A DNA stretch of 64,000 nucleotides from Octopus vulgaris (GCA_951406725.2 OX597839.1:16244001-16308000), one strand, 5' to 3'; numbered from the stretch's first letter, positions 25,801 to 38,135 are shown. Notes: generated by a model not told the origin, from the letters alone. Numbers and translations: made by a program.

Positions 25801-27782
25801 GGTCTCTTTTGCCGAACTGCTAGGTTACAGAGATGTAAACACACCAGCATCGGTTGTCAAGCAATGTGGGGGGGGAACAAACACAGACACACACATGTAT
25901 ATATGACGGGTTTCTTTCAGTTTCCGTCTACCAAATCCACTCACAAGACTTTGGTTGGCCCGAGGCTATTGTAGAAGACACTTGACTAAGGTGCCATGCA
26001 GTGGGACTGAACCCGGAACCATGTGGTTCGTTAGTAAGCTACTTACCACACAGCCACTCCTACGCCTATTATTTTTTTATACTTAACTGGCTTTTTTCTG
26101 ACTGGTGGCCATTAAACTGTAGCTGTGTAGTCAGTGTAAGCACTGGCCTCAATGAGTTGCGACATCACTAGTGTCAAGCTGTATTGGCCTTTGTCTTTCT
26201 TTTGGATAACATCACTGGTGTGGAGAAGGGAGGCTGGTATGCACGGGCGACTGCTGGCCATTCATAAACAACCTTGCCTGGCCTTGTGCCTGGGAGGATA
26301 ACTTACTAGGTGCAATCCTATGATCATTCATGACCAGAGAGGGTCTCCTGTACCTTGAAAGTACACTCTGGCACATCGCCTCCATTGCTCTCTCTCTCCC
26401 TCTGGCTGGGCTAACCATTTATATAATCTACAAGACACCTCTTTTTGCTCGTCTGTCATACTCTAACTTCTCATGGCCTGGCACAAAGCCACCTATGCCA
26501 ATACCTTCCCCCATCTCATTTGAGGGGCTTTTGTCTTGCAAATGACTTGGTGACCTCATCAGTGCTGGTGCTACATACCACACAGCCATGCTGCATCTAT
26601 GGTGACTTTCGTTCTTGAAATGCTTTGGTTAACATTGGTTAGAAGCCTTGTATATATCAATAGTGGAAATTTTTTGCTCCATTCCTCTTGTTATTCCCAA
26701 ATTTACCATAATCCAAAATGCTTCTACTCATTTATTACAGCACCGTCCATTGGACGGGGGCTTTTGCTTGTACATGATGAAACTGCTGATAGTTAGTAAA
26801 ATAAAATGAGATCTTGTCAAGCACAGGGAAGTCATTAAGTTGCATTGTATAAAGTAAATTTACAACTTTTGTCTTCATTCAATTTGTTTTTGGAGTGGCT
26901 GTGGTAAGTAGCTTGCTTACCAACCACATGGTTCTGGGTTCATTTCCACTGCGTGGCACCTTGGGCAAGTGTCTTCTACTATAGCCTCGGGCTGACCAAA
27001 GCCTTGTGAGTGGATTTGGTTGACGGAAACTGAAAGAAGCCTGTTGTATATATATATGTGTGTGTGTGTTTGTCCCTCCAAGATCGCTTGACATGGTGGT
27101 GTATTTACGTCCCTGTAACTTAGCGGTTCGGCAAAAGAGACCGACAGAATAAGTACTAGGCTTCCAAAGCATAAGTCCTGGGGTCGATTTGCTCGACTAA
27201 AGGCGGTGCTCCAGCATGGCCACAGTCAAATGACTGAAACAAGTAAAAGAGTATTTCTCTGTTAAAAGCTTATACAATCCATTTTAAGAGTAAAATTTCT
27301 AAATTATCATCCATAAGTTAGTCTAATCCTGATGTGACACTCACCACTTAGGTGCTAGACATAACTACTTAAGGAAGAGAGGGCACTACAAAAAATAGGT
27401 TAAGAACCACTTTTGTAAAGGGTTGTTGTTCATGACAGGTAGAACATTTGGCTGTAGACAATCTGCCCCACATAAATGATGATGACGATGATTGTAATTA
27501 GTTCTTATTGTTGTATCTTTTGCAGGAATTTTTCTAGGAATTAAAAGCATACAACTGGATAATATCAGGTGTGATTATCCTTTAAACACACAAGAACAGA
27601 GCTTCCAAATGTTAAGCAGGTGGTACCAGAGTTCCAGACCAGAGCAACGTACTGTTGATGTTCTAAAAAAGCTCTCAAAGAGGCAGAATGTTTTGAAGCT
27701 ATTCACTATTTACCAACTAAAAGAAGTTAACGTAACAAGGTGTATTCCTGATGTTTTGAGATTTTTTCAGGAGTGCCATTAA
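8877..27782 (+). CDS. Gene A: ankyrin-repeat (Mind-bomb-like C-cap) plus C-terminal death domain protein; join(8877-9316,13305-13341,15463-15675,19473-19648,21866-21942,23087-23158,27526-27782), about 423 aa as assembled, about 406 aa if the A6 run at 27665 is really A7
   Basis: All introns GT-AG with compatible phases (2,0,0,2,1,1); the spliced frame is open; 7 TPLH-type ankyrin motifs, YLAEQGADLYCRNK...PIDL cap, death-domain motif pattern. Confidence 0.85.
9401..9754. mobile_element. MITE with about 40-bp TIRs
   Basis: GGACGCAGATATAGGTTGGATTTTCTCCGTTTTAACGG ... CCGTCAAAATGGAGAAAATCCAACTTATGTTGCCGTCC. Confidence 0.7.
9979..10154. mobile_element. Merlin-like MITE (GG termini, 8-bp TSD TTTTTAAG)
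   Basis: TIRs GGCGCTCCTTCGGTATAGGTACCG / CGGTACCTATACCGAAGTTACGCC; TTTTTAAG at 9971-9978 and 10155-10162. Confidence 0.75.
10809..10862. mobile_element. Single-TIR remnant of the 10959-11149 MITE, with its own 9-bp TSD
   Basis: GGTACTATTTAAGAAGAGTGGTCCCGGTGC... flanked by TACATACTC at 10800-10808 and 10863-10871. Confidence 0.7.
10872..11453 (-). mobile_element. SINE family 1, near full length, interrupted by a MITE
   Basis: TCATTTGACTGTGGCCATGCTGGAGCACCGCC ... TTACCACACAGTCACTCCTACGCC. Confidence 0.85.
10959..11149. mobile_element. Merlin/MULE-like MITE (GG...CC termini, 9-bp TSD GACTTATTC) inserted in a SINE
   Basis: GGTACTACTTAAGAAGAGTGGTCCCGGTGC / GCACCGGGACCATTTTTCTTAAGTAGTACC; removing it restores the SINE sequence GACTTATTCTTT. 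Confidence 0.85.
12900..13160 (-). mobile_element. Older SINE family 1 copy
   Basis: TTGTTTCAGTCATTAGACTGCAGCCATG...GTACTTATTCTATC...GAAGACACTTGCCC. Confidence 0.7.
13305..13341 (+). CDS. Gene A 37-nt exon (RNDQRMVELLLSQ)
   Basis: TTTCAG|G...CAG|GTTAGT; phase 2 in, phase 0 out; same length as the paralog exon 58244-58280. Confidence 0.85.
13645..13845. mobile_element. Mariner-type MITE (same family as 4990-5209, opposite orientation)
   Basis: GAGGGGTGCTGAAAAGTTCC...CCAGGACATTATTAGCACC. Confidence 0.65.
13885..14155 (-). mobile_element. SINE family 2 (tRNA head) degraded copy
   Basis: ACCCTTAATGTAGTTC...GAGATTCAGC...GTGAAATAAAGTGTCTTG matches 57430-57745 and 63064-63422. Confidence 0.65.
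14160..15320 (+). mobile_element. Old, heavily degraded RTE LINE RT fragment with an internal repeat insertion (about 14655-14875)
   Basis: Remnants ATGAAGACAGGAAAGGC (MKTGKA), TACAAGGTAAAGGAGAT, ACTGATGCC, CTCCAGGCCATAAC align with the younger RTE copies. Confidence 0.6.
15463..15675 (+). CDS. Gene A 213-nt exon with two ankyrin repeats (DQIQLNIQDHDDRQTPLHNAV...GDTSLHLAL...ALDK)
   Basis: TATAG|GAT...AAG|GTAAGT, phase 0-0; overlaps ORF 15511. Confidence 0.9.
16166..16252. repeat. Short tandem repeat, unit about 23-25 bp (GAAGCCAGCTCAACCCAC..GGT), about 3 copies
   Basis: Read directly from the sequence. Confidence 0.7.
16600..16785 (+). mobile_element. Penelope pLTR-like short element with a decayed hammerhead-like motif (16652-16687), abutting (TA)n
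   Basis: CTTT-CTGTTAA-A-GAGC-atgg-GCTC-AAA-ACGT-C; ACTAATACACCTGCTTGTTG shared with the 44210-44340 and 50368-50500 copies. Confidence 0.5.
16813..19096 (+). mobile_element. 5'-truncated RTE LINE in a gene A intron (RT with stops and frameshifts)
   Basis: ORFs 16668 and 17507: MKTGKAPG, GVHQGSVLSPLLF, LFADGLAL, YLG; (GAT)n tail at 19081-19096. Confidence 0.93.
19473..19648 (+). CDS. Gene A exon, Mind-bomb-like terminal ankyrin/C-cap (CCLKLG...VVVSYLAEQGADLYCRNKYNTKPIDLIEDQDLKRKIK...)
   Basis: TTTGTAG|TGC...CCTCG|GTAAGT, phase 0-2, open frame. Confidence 0.88.
19761..20155 (-). mobile_element. Non-autonomous Helitron (about 390 bp)
   Basis: On the minus strand: 5' TCTATATATATAAAG..., subterminal GC hairpin, CTAG-3', inserted between A and T; copies at 23835-24152 (partial) and 49631-50041 (+). 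Confidence 0.8.
20686..21105 (+). mobile_element. Mariner element remnant (left TIR and transposase N-terminal HTH)
   Basis: TGGTCTGATCAATAAGTATCCGGACTG terminus; CAGAGAATCTGCATCAAATTTTGCCAAAAGCTTGGC encodes QRICIKFCQKLG. Confidence 0.65.
21866..21942 (+). CDS. Gene A linker exon (RLESPLCSGNQSPLCSGNQGSEPQVT) with an exact 24-bp tandem duplication
   Basis: TTTCAG|A...ACAG|GTGAGT, phase 2-1. Confidence 0.8.
23087..23158 (+). CDS. Gene A exon, death domain N-terminal helices (DSQKLDERDILSIAKQLSNKWQQVG)
   Basis: TTTCAG|AT...GTTG|GTGAGT, phase 1-1; L..IA..L...W..(L/V)G death-domain pattern. Confidence 0.85.
23235..23390 (+). mobile_element. SINE family 1 head
   Basis: GTGGCTGTGTGGTTAAGAAGCT...CAGTCCCACTACGTGGCACCTTGGGCAAG. 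Confidence 0.75.
23835..24152 (-). mobile_element. Partial non-autonomous Helitron (family of 19761-20155)
   Basis: Near-identical body ending CAACTTCAGCTTTATATATATAGA. Confidence 0.75.
25745..26068 (-). mobile_element. SINE family 1
   Basis: ATCGACCCCAGGACTTATTCTTTGTAAGCCTAGTAC...CACACAGCCACTCCTACGCC. Confidence 0.85.
26891..27252 (+). mobile_element. SINE family 1, full length
   Basis: GGAGTGGCTGTGGTAAGTAGCTTG...GGCGGTGCTCCAGCATGGCCACAGTCAAATGACTGAAACAAGTAAAAGAG. Confidence 0.88.
27526..27782 (+). CDS. Gene A terminal exon, death domain C-terminal half (GIFLGIKSIQLDNIRCDYPLNTQEQSFQMLSRWY...RTVDVLKK); apparent 1-nt frameshift at 27665-27670, alternative stop at 27730
   Basis: TTTTGCAG|GA, phase 1; LG.....I......EQ...ML..W death-domain pattern. 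Confidence 0.85.
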
Positions 27783-28192
27783 TGTCTAAGAAATACAAAA
27801 CTTGAATCTCGTTTTGTACTCTAGCTACTTTGTGAAGGTGTCCAAGATCCTTGTCACAACCTCTTTCATCTTCTTAATGCCTTCAAATCAATTGCCCCTG
27901 AGGTTCTCCTTCAGCTTGGGGAACAGTCACAGGGAGAAAGGTCTGGGCAGTAGGGATGGTGAAAGACAGTTCCGGCACCTGTTTTTGTCAAGTAAGTTGA
28001 TTACCAAGATGGAATTGTGGACTGGTGCTTTGTCTTGGTGTTCAAAGTGGTTACAGCTGTCTCCTTCAATCTGGAATAAAAAAAAAAGTTGGCAGGTCAG
28101 CTTATTTGATGTATAGTAATAATATACTAACATTACATTTATAAGTGCTTCTAAAAAAATAAAGTTTCAAAACTTCTTGAATGCACCTTGTA
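27735..28192 (-). mobile_element. Internally deleted mariner element occupying the gene A 3' UTR
   Basis: TIR-like CAAGGTGTATTC...TTTTGAGA / TTTCAAAACTTCTTGAATGCACCTTG-TA; minus-strand PYCPDLSPC remnant of the YSPDLAP motif; AATAAA at 28075. Confidence 0.6.
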
Positions 28193-28908
28193 CATGTTAT
28201 TGTTGTGTAGCTTCAGGCTTAACCTTGAAGGAGCAAATCTATAATTAGACATTCTATTCATGACAAACTCTTTAAAGGTGGTAGGGTGTGATTTGAGGGG
28301 CATTTGGCTACCATTTCTAGCATGTGCCTCTGGTCAGTAGAGATAAGCTTTTGAAATAAAGATGAATTTTAAAACCTTCATGTGTTGTTTTAATTATAAT
28401 TACAAGTACATCAATGAATGCTTCCATTGTTATATTGGCAGAATGCAAACTCAGAAGGTATAGACCCGTGATTCCCACCATGGGGCATTGGTAATATTTT
28501 GGTGAGGAATGTGTGTAGGGTTATGTTGTATACCTTTTGTATACAATGTCTAGTATGCCAATAAGAGAAAGGGGGCAATTTGAGAATGAGGTTTAATAAA
28601 AAAAAGAAAAAAAAAATTATACCATCCCTTCTGTGGATTTTATCAAAGTTTTGACACTTTAGAGACAACAGATCTTTTCATCAAGTCTGATGTCTCTAAA
28701 GAGGAGAAATAAGATTATAAGTGAAAAACGAGAGACAGTTTGTTTATGTGTCTAAGAGTTTGAAATGGAGTAGAAGTAAAAGGGTAGCATCAGTGAAGGG
28801 ACACAGATTTATGGTACTGGTAATGCACACACACACACGTGTATATTAATATGTATGTATGTATATAAATGTGTGTGTGTGTATATATATGTATGCATGT
28901 ATATATAA

Positions 28909-29085
28909 AGTTAATCCAAACAAGAAAGCACAAAAAAACACAACACGAGGACGTGGAACAAATATAGTATTATTGGACGCTCAGGAAAGAAGGAGGGTTT
29001 AACGTTTCGAGCGGAGCTCTCCGTCGGAAACATAGGAGAAGGGAAGACGGGGGAAAAAAATCGCCAACGGTACACACGAGGTCAT
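28909..29085 (-). mobile_element. Penelope pLTR-like short element with a hammerhead-like motif (28997-29031)
   Basis: Minus strand GTTT-CCGACGG-A-GAGC-tcc-GCTC-GAA-ACGT-T-AAAC; adjoins a TA/TG microsatellite. Confidence 0.6.
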
Positions 29086-29097
29086 GTATGTATGTAT

Positions 29098-31863
29098 ATC
29101 ATCGTTTAGCGTCTGCTTTCCGTGCTAGCATGGGTTGGACGGTTCAACTGGGGTCTGGGAAGCCAGAAGGCTGCACCAGGCCCAGTCTGATCTGGCAATA
29201 TTTCTACGGCTGGATGCCCTTCCTAACGCCAACCACTCTGAGTGTAGTGGGTGCTCTTTATGTGCCACTGGCACAGGTATCAGACGAGGCTGGCAAACGG
29301 CCACGATCGGATGGCGCTTTTTACGTGCTACCGGCACGGGGGCCAGTCGGGGCGGCGCTGGCAACGGCCACGTTCGGATGGTTCTCTTACGTGCCACCGA
29401 CACTGGTATCACACCTACAATTTCCATTGATGTTGATCGATTTCGATTCTGATCCTCACTTGCCTCAACAGGTCTTCACAAGTAGAGTTTTGTGTCCCAA
29501 GAAGGAAAGGTATGCATAAGTGGACCAGCTACATCCCATGTAGAGGCCACAGGTTATGGTCTCACTTGTCCTGCCGGGTCTTCTCACGCACAGCATACTT
29601 CCAAAGGTCTTGGTCTCTAGTCATTTCCTCAGTGAGACCTAAAGTTCGAAGGTCGTACTTCACCACCTCGTCCCAGGTTTTCCTGGGTCTGCCTCTTCCA
29701 CAGGTTCCCTCAACCGCCAGGGTGTGGCACTTTTTCACACAACTATCTTCATCCATTCTCGCCACATGACCATACCAGCGCAAACGTCTCTTTTGCACAC
29801 TGCAACTGATGCTTCTTAGGTCCAGCTTTTCTCTCAAGGTACTTACACTCTGTCGAGTATGAACACTGACATTGCACATCCATCGGAGCATACTGGCTTC
29901 ATTTCTTGTGAGCTTACGCATGTCTTCAGCAGTCACGGCCCATGTTTCACTGCCATGTAGCATGGCTGTTCATACACATGCGTCATACAATATGCCTTTT
30001 ACTCTGAGCGAGAGGCCTGTAGTCACCAGCAGAGGTAAGAGCTCCCTAAACTTTGCCCAGGCTATTCTTACTCTAGCAGTTACACTTTCAATGCACCCAC
30101 CCCCACTACTGACTTGGTCACCTAGGTAATGGAAGCTATCAACTATTTCTAGTTTTTCTCCCTGGAATGTGGCAGAAGTTGGTCTCAGAGCATTTTCAGT
30201 GTTTATTGCTCCTGAGCATCTGCCACATAGAAAAACTATCTTCCTAGTTAGCCTTCCTTTGACTTTGCTGCACCTCTTATGTGTCCATAGCTTACACCTG
30301 GTGCATCTTATAGAGTTTCTACCTACACCTTCTCTACAGATCGAGCAGGGCCATCTACCTGAAGGCGTTTGTGATTTGTCTACCTTCCTATTTATTAGGA
30401 CTTTGATTTTAGCTAGATTGACTCTAAGGCCCTTCGATTCTTATCCTTGCTTCCACACCTTAAACTTCTCCTCCAGTTCTAAAAGTGACTCAGCAATTAG
30501 AGCAAGGTCATCAGCATAGAGGAGCTCCCAGGGGCATCCTGTCTTGAATTCCTCCGTTATTGCCTGGAGGACTATGATAAATAGGAGGGGGCTGAGGACT
30601 GAGCCTTGATGGACCCCTACCTCTACCTGGAATTCTTCACTGTACTCGTTGCCAACCCTCACCTTACTAGCGGCGTCCCTGTACATGGCTTGCACAGCTC
30701 TCACTAACCATTCATCTATCTCTAGTTTCCTCATTGACCACCAGATAAGGGATTGGGGGACCCTGTCGAAGGCTTTCTCCATGTCAACAAAAGCCAGGTA
30801 CAGGGGCTTATCTTTGGCTAGGTATTTCTCCTGCAGCTGCCTTACCAGGAATATAGCATCAGTGCTACACCAGTCATAGGGTATGACTCCTTCGTGTATC
30901 ACCTGATTAACTATATGGGTGACTAGGCTATAGCTGACACTACCAGATATTTTGAGCATCTCTGCAGTGATTCCTGATGGGCTTGGGGCTTTCCCTGTCT
31001 TCATGCTTCTAATTGCCTTAACTACCAAGGAACTGTCAACTCATATAGCTGGTCCCTCTGTTGGGTCGACATTCGGCAGACTCTCTTTATCCCATTCATT
31101 TTTTTTATTCAGCGACCTTTCATAGTGGCGTCTCCAAACCTCTCTCTTTGCATCCTCATTTAGCGCAAGTGAACCATCATCCATGCGAACACATTTCTCT
31201 CCTACCACATCACAATTCTCACTCACACACTGTCTTGCAACACGAAACACCTCCAGTCTTTGGTCCTCATGGCGCAGAACATTGGCAAATTTTTTCTTAT
31301 CTGCTTCCCCTCCGGCTAGAAAGACCTGTCTCCTAGCTTCCCTTTTGGCAGTCTGATACAATTCTCTGCTACCACCATTCTTCCAGTCCTTCCAAGCCTG
31401 TCTCTTTTCTCTAATAGCCCTGTCTACAACATTGTTCCTCCACCACGTTACCTTGGGACGAGAGGGGACTTTGTACCAGCCACAGATCTGGTCAGTGGCT
31501 CTTAGCAGGTTGTCCCTTAGAAACGTCCAGTTGTCTTCTACCCCATGTGATGCTCTATCCCCTTCTACTTCGTCAAAGGCTTCAAGTAATATGTCCCTAA
31601 ATTTCTGTCCATTCGCAGGATCTTTAAGCTTCCAGATCCTTTTTCTCCATGTTGGTTGTCTTCTGGTTGTCCTCTTAGTCCTGATCCTAAAGTCACTAAC
31701 TACCACTCTATGTTGCGGGGTGCATTCTTCGCCTGGGAAGGTTTTGGCATTTATAAGCAGCCATCTTTCCCTTTTCCTGGCAAGGATGTAGTCAATTTGG
31801 CTGGTATGTCGGCCCGATCGGTAGGTGACTAGGTGGCTGGTAGGTTTCCTGAAGTTAGTGTTG
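29098..31863 (-). mobile_element. RTE LINE, longest copy (end of APE domain, RT, 3' UTR), with an internal deletion near 30860
   Basis: ORFs 31041-31706, 30441-31028 (YADDLAL) and 29562-29963; APE end QIDYILA...QH at 31700-31800; residual (GAT) tail at 29098. Confidence 0.93.
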
Positions 31864-31866
31864 CAA

Positions 31867-31898
<32 letters not shown>

Positions 31899-31903
31899 GT
31901 ATG

Positions 31904-31936
<33 letters not shown>

Positions 31937-32311
31937 GTATATATATGTAGAAATGAATGCGTGCGTTCCGTCATATAATAAATTAATAAATAAAACATAT
32001 GCATGTACGTACCTACCTCTACATGTATATATACATGCATATATGGGTACAGGACACCAAAAAAAACGTCGAACACAATGAGAAACGAAAACATAAACAC
32101 AAAACCAAGGAACTGGACATTTTTCTTAAACAACGAAAAAATAGAGTACAGGACAAATAATACAAGGAAAATTCCTCTGCATTTCGAAGGTGAAGGCGAT
32201 ACGCATCTTCGATAGAAACTTTACTTCCCGCGAAAAGCAAACTAAATAAAATTTGAGATCTTTTTGCAGAGGGGTAAAAATGGTAACAAAAACAGGACAG
32301 TAACGACAGTA

Positions 32312-32361
<50 letters not shown>

Positions 32362-32395
32362 TGTATGTATATATATATGTGTTTATATGTATGTA

Positions 32396-32950
32396 TAGGG
32401 TCAGGCAAAATGATCTGACACATTTGTAGGTTAAATAAAAGGCATTGTTTTTCGTTTCTTTTTCAGTTGCTGCCATGAATTGGACTGGTGAGCATCGCGC
32501 TTTCATTGTGGAAACGTTTATCAAAACAAACGATTCTGTAACTGCAACACAAAGAGCGTGCCGTTTGCACTTCAATCTTGGTAGACATGATCCCGTACCA
32601 GCTCGAAACACGATCTTGTTATGGGTTACCAACTTCAGAGCTACTGGATCTGCATTGAAACGAAAATCAACCGGCCGACCTCGCACCGCCAGAACTTAAA
32701 GATGCAATTCGTCAAGAAATTACTGCCATTCCACATGAAGTGATCCGCCGAGTTATTGACAACTTTCGTGAACGCCTTCGACAGTGTGTGGACAATAATG
32801 GATCCCATTTGACTGATTTAATTTTTAAAACATAATGAAACAAAATGGCATTATATGAACTTTTCAAAAATAAAAACACTTTTTTGTTTCTTTACTGCAT
32901 TTGCCTTTTATTTAACCTACAAATGTGTCAGATCATTTTGCCTGACCCTG
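32396..32950 (+). mobile_element. Internally deleted Tc1/mariner-superfamily element (DUF4817-type HTH transposase), about 49-bp TIRs, TA TSD
   Basis: TIR (T/C)AGGGTCAGGCAAAATGATCTGACACATTTGTAGGTTAAATAAAAGGCA at both ends; MNWTGEHRAFIVETF...GRPRTART is joined out of frame to ELKDAIRQEI...RLRQCVDNNGSHL*; the DDE/D core is deleted. Confidence 0.9.
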
Positions 32951-33205
32951 TATATATGTATATATGTAAATTAAATTAGAGATAAAACCACTATTAGGCA
33001 AATCAAACTGAAAAACATAAACCAAAACATAGAAATAAAAATAATACAATATATAAAATATAAAATTAAAATTTAAAGTTAAAAATTTTAAATTATTAAT
33101 TTATATTTATAAATTTATATATATATATTTATTTATTTTTTTTAAGTTAAAAAACTTTTTTTTTGACTATCAAAAAGTATTAAAAAATTTAATATAAGAT
33201 AAAAA

Positions 33206-34433
<1,228 letters not shown>

Positions 34434-34505
34434 AACCTACAAATGTGTCAGATCATTTTGCCTGACCCTATACATACATATAAACACATATATATATACA
34501 TACAA

Positions 34506-34536
<31 letters not shown>

Positions 34537-34962
34537 TGTACTGTCGTTACTGTCCTGTTTTTGTTACCATTTTTACCCCTCTGCAAAAAGATCTCAAATT
34601 TTATTTAGTTTGCTTTTCGCGGGAAGTAAAGTTTCTATCGAAGATGCGTATCGCCTTCACCTTCGAAATGCAGAGTAGGTGAAACCATGGTGACTGAAGA
34701 AGGGGAATTTTCCTTGTATTATTTGTCCTGTACTCTATTTTTTCGTTGTTTAAGAAAAATGTCCAGTTCCTTGGTTTTGTGTTTATGTTTTCGTTTCTCA
34801 TTGTGTTCGACGTTTTTTTTGGTGTCCTGTACCCATATATGCATGTATATATACATGTAGAGGTAGGTACGTACATGCATATGTTTTATTTATTAATTTA
34901 TTATATGACGGAACGCACGCATTCATTTCTACATATATATACACATACATATATATATATAT

Positions 34963-35195
34963 ATCATCATCATCGTTTAACGTCCGTTTTCCGCGCTAGC
35001 ACGGGTTGGACGATTTCGACCGGGGTCTGGGGAGCTAGGGACTGCCCCAGGCTCCAGTCTAGTCTGGCAGTGTTTCTACAGCTGGATGCCCTTCCTAACG
35101 CCAACCACTCCGCGAGTGTAGTGGGTGTTTTTTACGTGCCACCTGCACAGGTGCCAGAGGGGTCTGGCATCGGCCACGTTCGGATGGTGCTTTTG
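34963..35195 (-). mobile_element. RTE LINE 3' UTR fragment
   Basis: CATCATCATCGTTTAACGTCC...GGATGCCCTTCCTAACGCCAACCACTC; similar fragments at 42578-42880, 50610-50790, 53080-53285 (+) and 61200-61580. Confidence 0.8.
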
Positions 35196-35622
35196 TGGGG
35201 GGGGGTGCAGAAATATAGGGGAGCACCAGTGGGGAGGGGTGGTTCAGAGAAATGATGACAGGTTCTAGGCAAGTAGAACGTAGGATATCAAGAGAGGGGT
35301 AATGCATGGTGAAATAGCGTATTGAAGAGGGGGGTTCGAAGAGTAGACACCTATAATGGTGGTGGGAGAAGCGACATCCGGTATAGATGGAGCAAAAATA
35401 TAGAGATATCCGGTTATTGGTGGTGGGGGTGGGCAAGGGCGGGTGCACCGGGAATATGATGGGCTGGCTTAAAAATGCTCTTAGCAAAGGAAGAGGGGGG
35501 ATGGCAGACAACGTAAAAGAGGGAGAGAGAGAAGGGAAATAGTGGAACCCCGCGAAAATGGGCCGCCATTGAAAAAAACCCCTGTATGGAGAAATAATAT
35601 GCAATACGAGGTGAAGCTGAAA

Positions 35623-35659
<37 letters not shown>

Positions 35660-35662
35660 GCA

Positions 35663-35746
<84 letters not shown>

Positions 35747-35773
35747 ATATATATGTATATGTATATATATATG

Positions 35774-35804
<31 letters not shown>

Positions 35805-35964
35805 TTTATTTATTTTTTTCAAATTAAAAATTTTTTTTTGACTATCAAAAAGTATTAAAAAATTTAATATAAGATAAAAAGTATATGTATATACGTGTAT
35901 ATATATATATATATATATATATATTTAAAAAAGGAGATGTGGAACACAAGTTGTGATATATGAA

Positions 35965-36279
35965 AAAAGGAAATGAAGAAAATGCTGACAAAATAATTTA
36001 AGTAAGGGAGAGTGTATTTAATTAGGTGAAAGTTCTTTTTACCGGTTGCGCATTTGTTATGCTTATCAAAAGATATTTTTTAAGACAGATAGAGTTCCTT
36101 TCTGATAGATTTTTTTCTCTTATCAGATAAGAGAAAAAAATCTATCAGAAAGGAACTATCTGTCTTAAAAAATATCTTTTGATAAGCATAACAAATGCGC
36201 AACCGGTAAAAAGAACTTTCACCTAATTAAATACACTCTCCCTTACTTAAATTATTTTGTCAGCATTTTCTTCATTTCC

Positions 36280-36284
<5 letters not shown>
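35965..36284. repeat. About 320-bp near-perfect palindrome centred at 36125
   Basis: Arms of about 160 bp, 1-nt spacer, one 2-bp indel; (TA)n on both sides. Confidence 0.92.
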
Positions 36285-36328
<44 letters not shown>

Positions 36329-36347
36329 ATATATATGTATGTATATG

Positions 36348-36417
<70 letters not shown>

Positions 36418-36465
36418 TGTATGCATATATAAGTATGTATATATATATATATATGTATATGTATG

Positions 36466-36498
<33 letters not shown>

Positions 36499-36564
36499 GT
36501 ATGTGTATATATACATGTGTGTATATATATAGTTAATCCAAACAAGAAAACACAAAAAAACAAC

Positions 36565-36622
<58 letters not shown>

Positions 36623-36664
36623 ATATATGTATATATATATGTCTATGTATATATATGTATATAT

Positions 36665-38135
36665 AGAAAAGGTGTAGGTAGAAACTCTATAAGATGCACC
36701 CAGTGTAAGCTATGGACACATAAGAGGTGCTGCAATGTCAAAGGAAGGCTAACTGGGAAGATAGTTTTTGTATGTGGCAGATGCTCAGGAGCAATAATCT
36801 CTGAAAATCTGCAGAAAACAACTTCCGTCACTTTCCAGGGGGAAAAACTAGAAGTAGTTGATAGCTTCCGTTATCTAGGTGACCAAGTCAGTAGTGGGGG
36901 TGGGTGCATTGAAAGTGTAACTGCTAGAGTAAGAATAGCCTGGGCAAAGTTTAGGGAGCTCTTACCTCTGCTGGTGACTAAAGACCTCTCGCTCAGAGTA
37001 AAAGGCAGACTGTATGATGCGTGTGTACGAACAGCCATGCTACATGGCAGTGAAACATGGGCCGTGACTGCTGAGGACATGCGTAAGCTCGCGAGGAATG
37101 AAGCCAGTATGCTCCGATGGATGTGTAATGTCAGTGTTCATACTCGACAGAGCGTTAGTACCCTGAGAGAAATGTTGGACCTAAGAAGCATCAGTTGTGG
37201 TGTGCAAGAGAGACGATTGCGCTGATATGGTCATGTGGCGAGAATGGATGAAGATAGGTGTGTGAAAAAGTGCCAATCCCTAGCAGTTGAGGGAACCCAT
37301 GGAAGAGGTAGACCCAGGAAAACCTGGGACGAGGTGGTGAAGCACGACCTTCGAACCTTGGGTCTCACTGAGGAAATGACCAGCGACCGAGAACTTTGGA
37401 AATATGCTGTGCGTGAGAAGACCAGGCAGGACAAGTGAGTCCAGCCCACTTATGCATGCCTTTCCCCCTTGGACACACAAAGACCTGTTGAGGCAAGTGA
37501 AGTCGATATCGAACCTCATCCGACGACAGGCACCTATGGCAACCCCCTTGCTTGCGAAGACCTGTTGGGGCAAGTGAAATCGAAATCGAAATTGAACCAA
37601 TCCTATGACTAGCACCTGGCAGATGCCAGGGCCCTGGGACTGGAGGTACGTAAAAAGCACTATCCGAATTGTGGCCGATGCCAGCGCCGCCTCGACTGGC
37701 TTCCGTGTCAGTGGCATGTGAAAAGCTCCATCCGAATCGTAGCCGAAGCCAGTGCCGCTTCGACTGGCTTCCATAAAATGCACCATCCGAATTGTGGCCG
37801 ATGCCAGCGCCGCCTCGACTGGCTTCCGTGTCGGTGGCACGTAAAAAGCACCATCCGAATCGTAGCCGAAGCCAGTGCCGCCTTGACTGGCTTCCATAAA
37901 ATGCACCAATCCGACCGTGGCCGATGCCAGCCTCGCCTGGCACCAGTGCAGGTGGCATGTAAAAAGCACCCACTACACTCACGGAGTGGTTGGCGTTAGG
38001 AAGGGCATCCAGCTGTAGAAATTTTGCCAGATAAGACTGGAGCCTGGTGCAGCCTTCTGGCTTCCCAGATCCCCGGTCGAACCGTCCAACCCATGCTAGC
38101 ATGGAGAACAGACGTTAAACGATGATGATGATGAT
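36665..38135 (+). mobile_element. RTE LINE 3' part (duplicate of 536-2006)
   Basis: ORF 36617-37225 with the same premature TGA. Confidence 0.92.

Noticed and set aside
8877-27782. Assigning a gene symbol such as MIB2, ANK1, ANKDD1 or an IkappaB/NF-kB p105 name
   Set aside because: No MIB-HERC2, ZZ, RING, ZU5 or Rel domain is visible and orthology cannot be established by eye
29098-31863. Possible active autonomous LINE
   Set aside because: 5'-truncated within the endonuclease, with stops, frameshifts and an internal RT deletion
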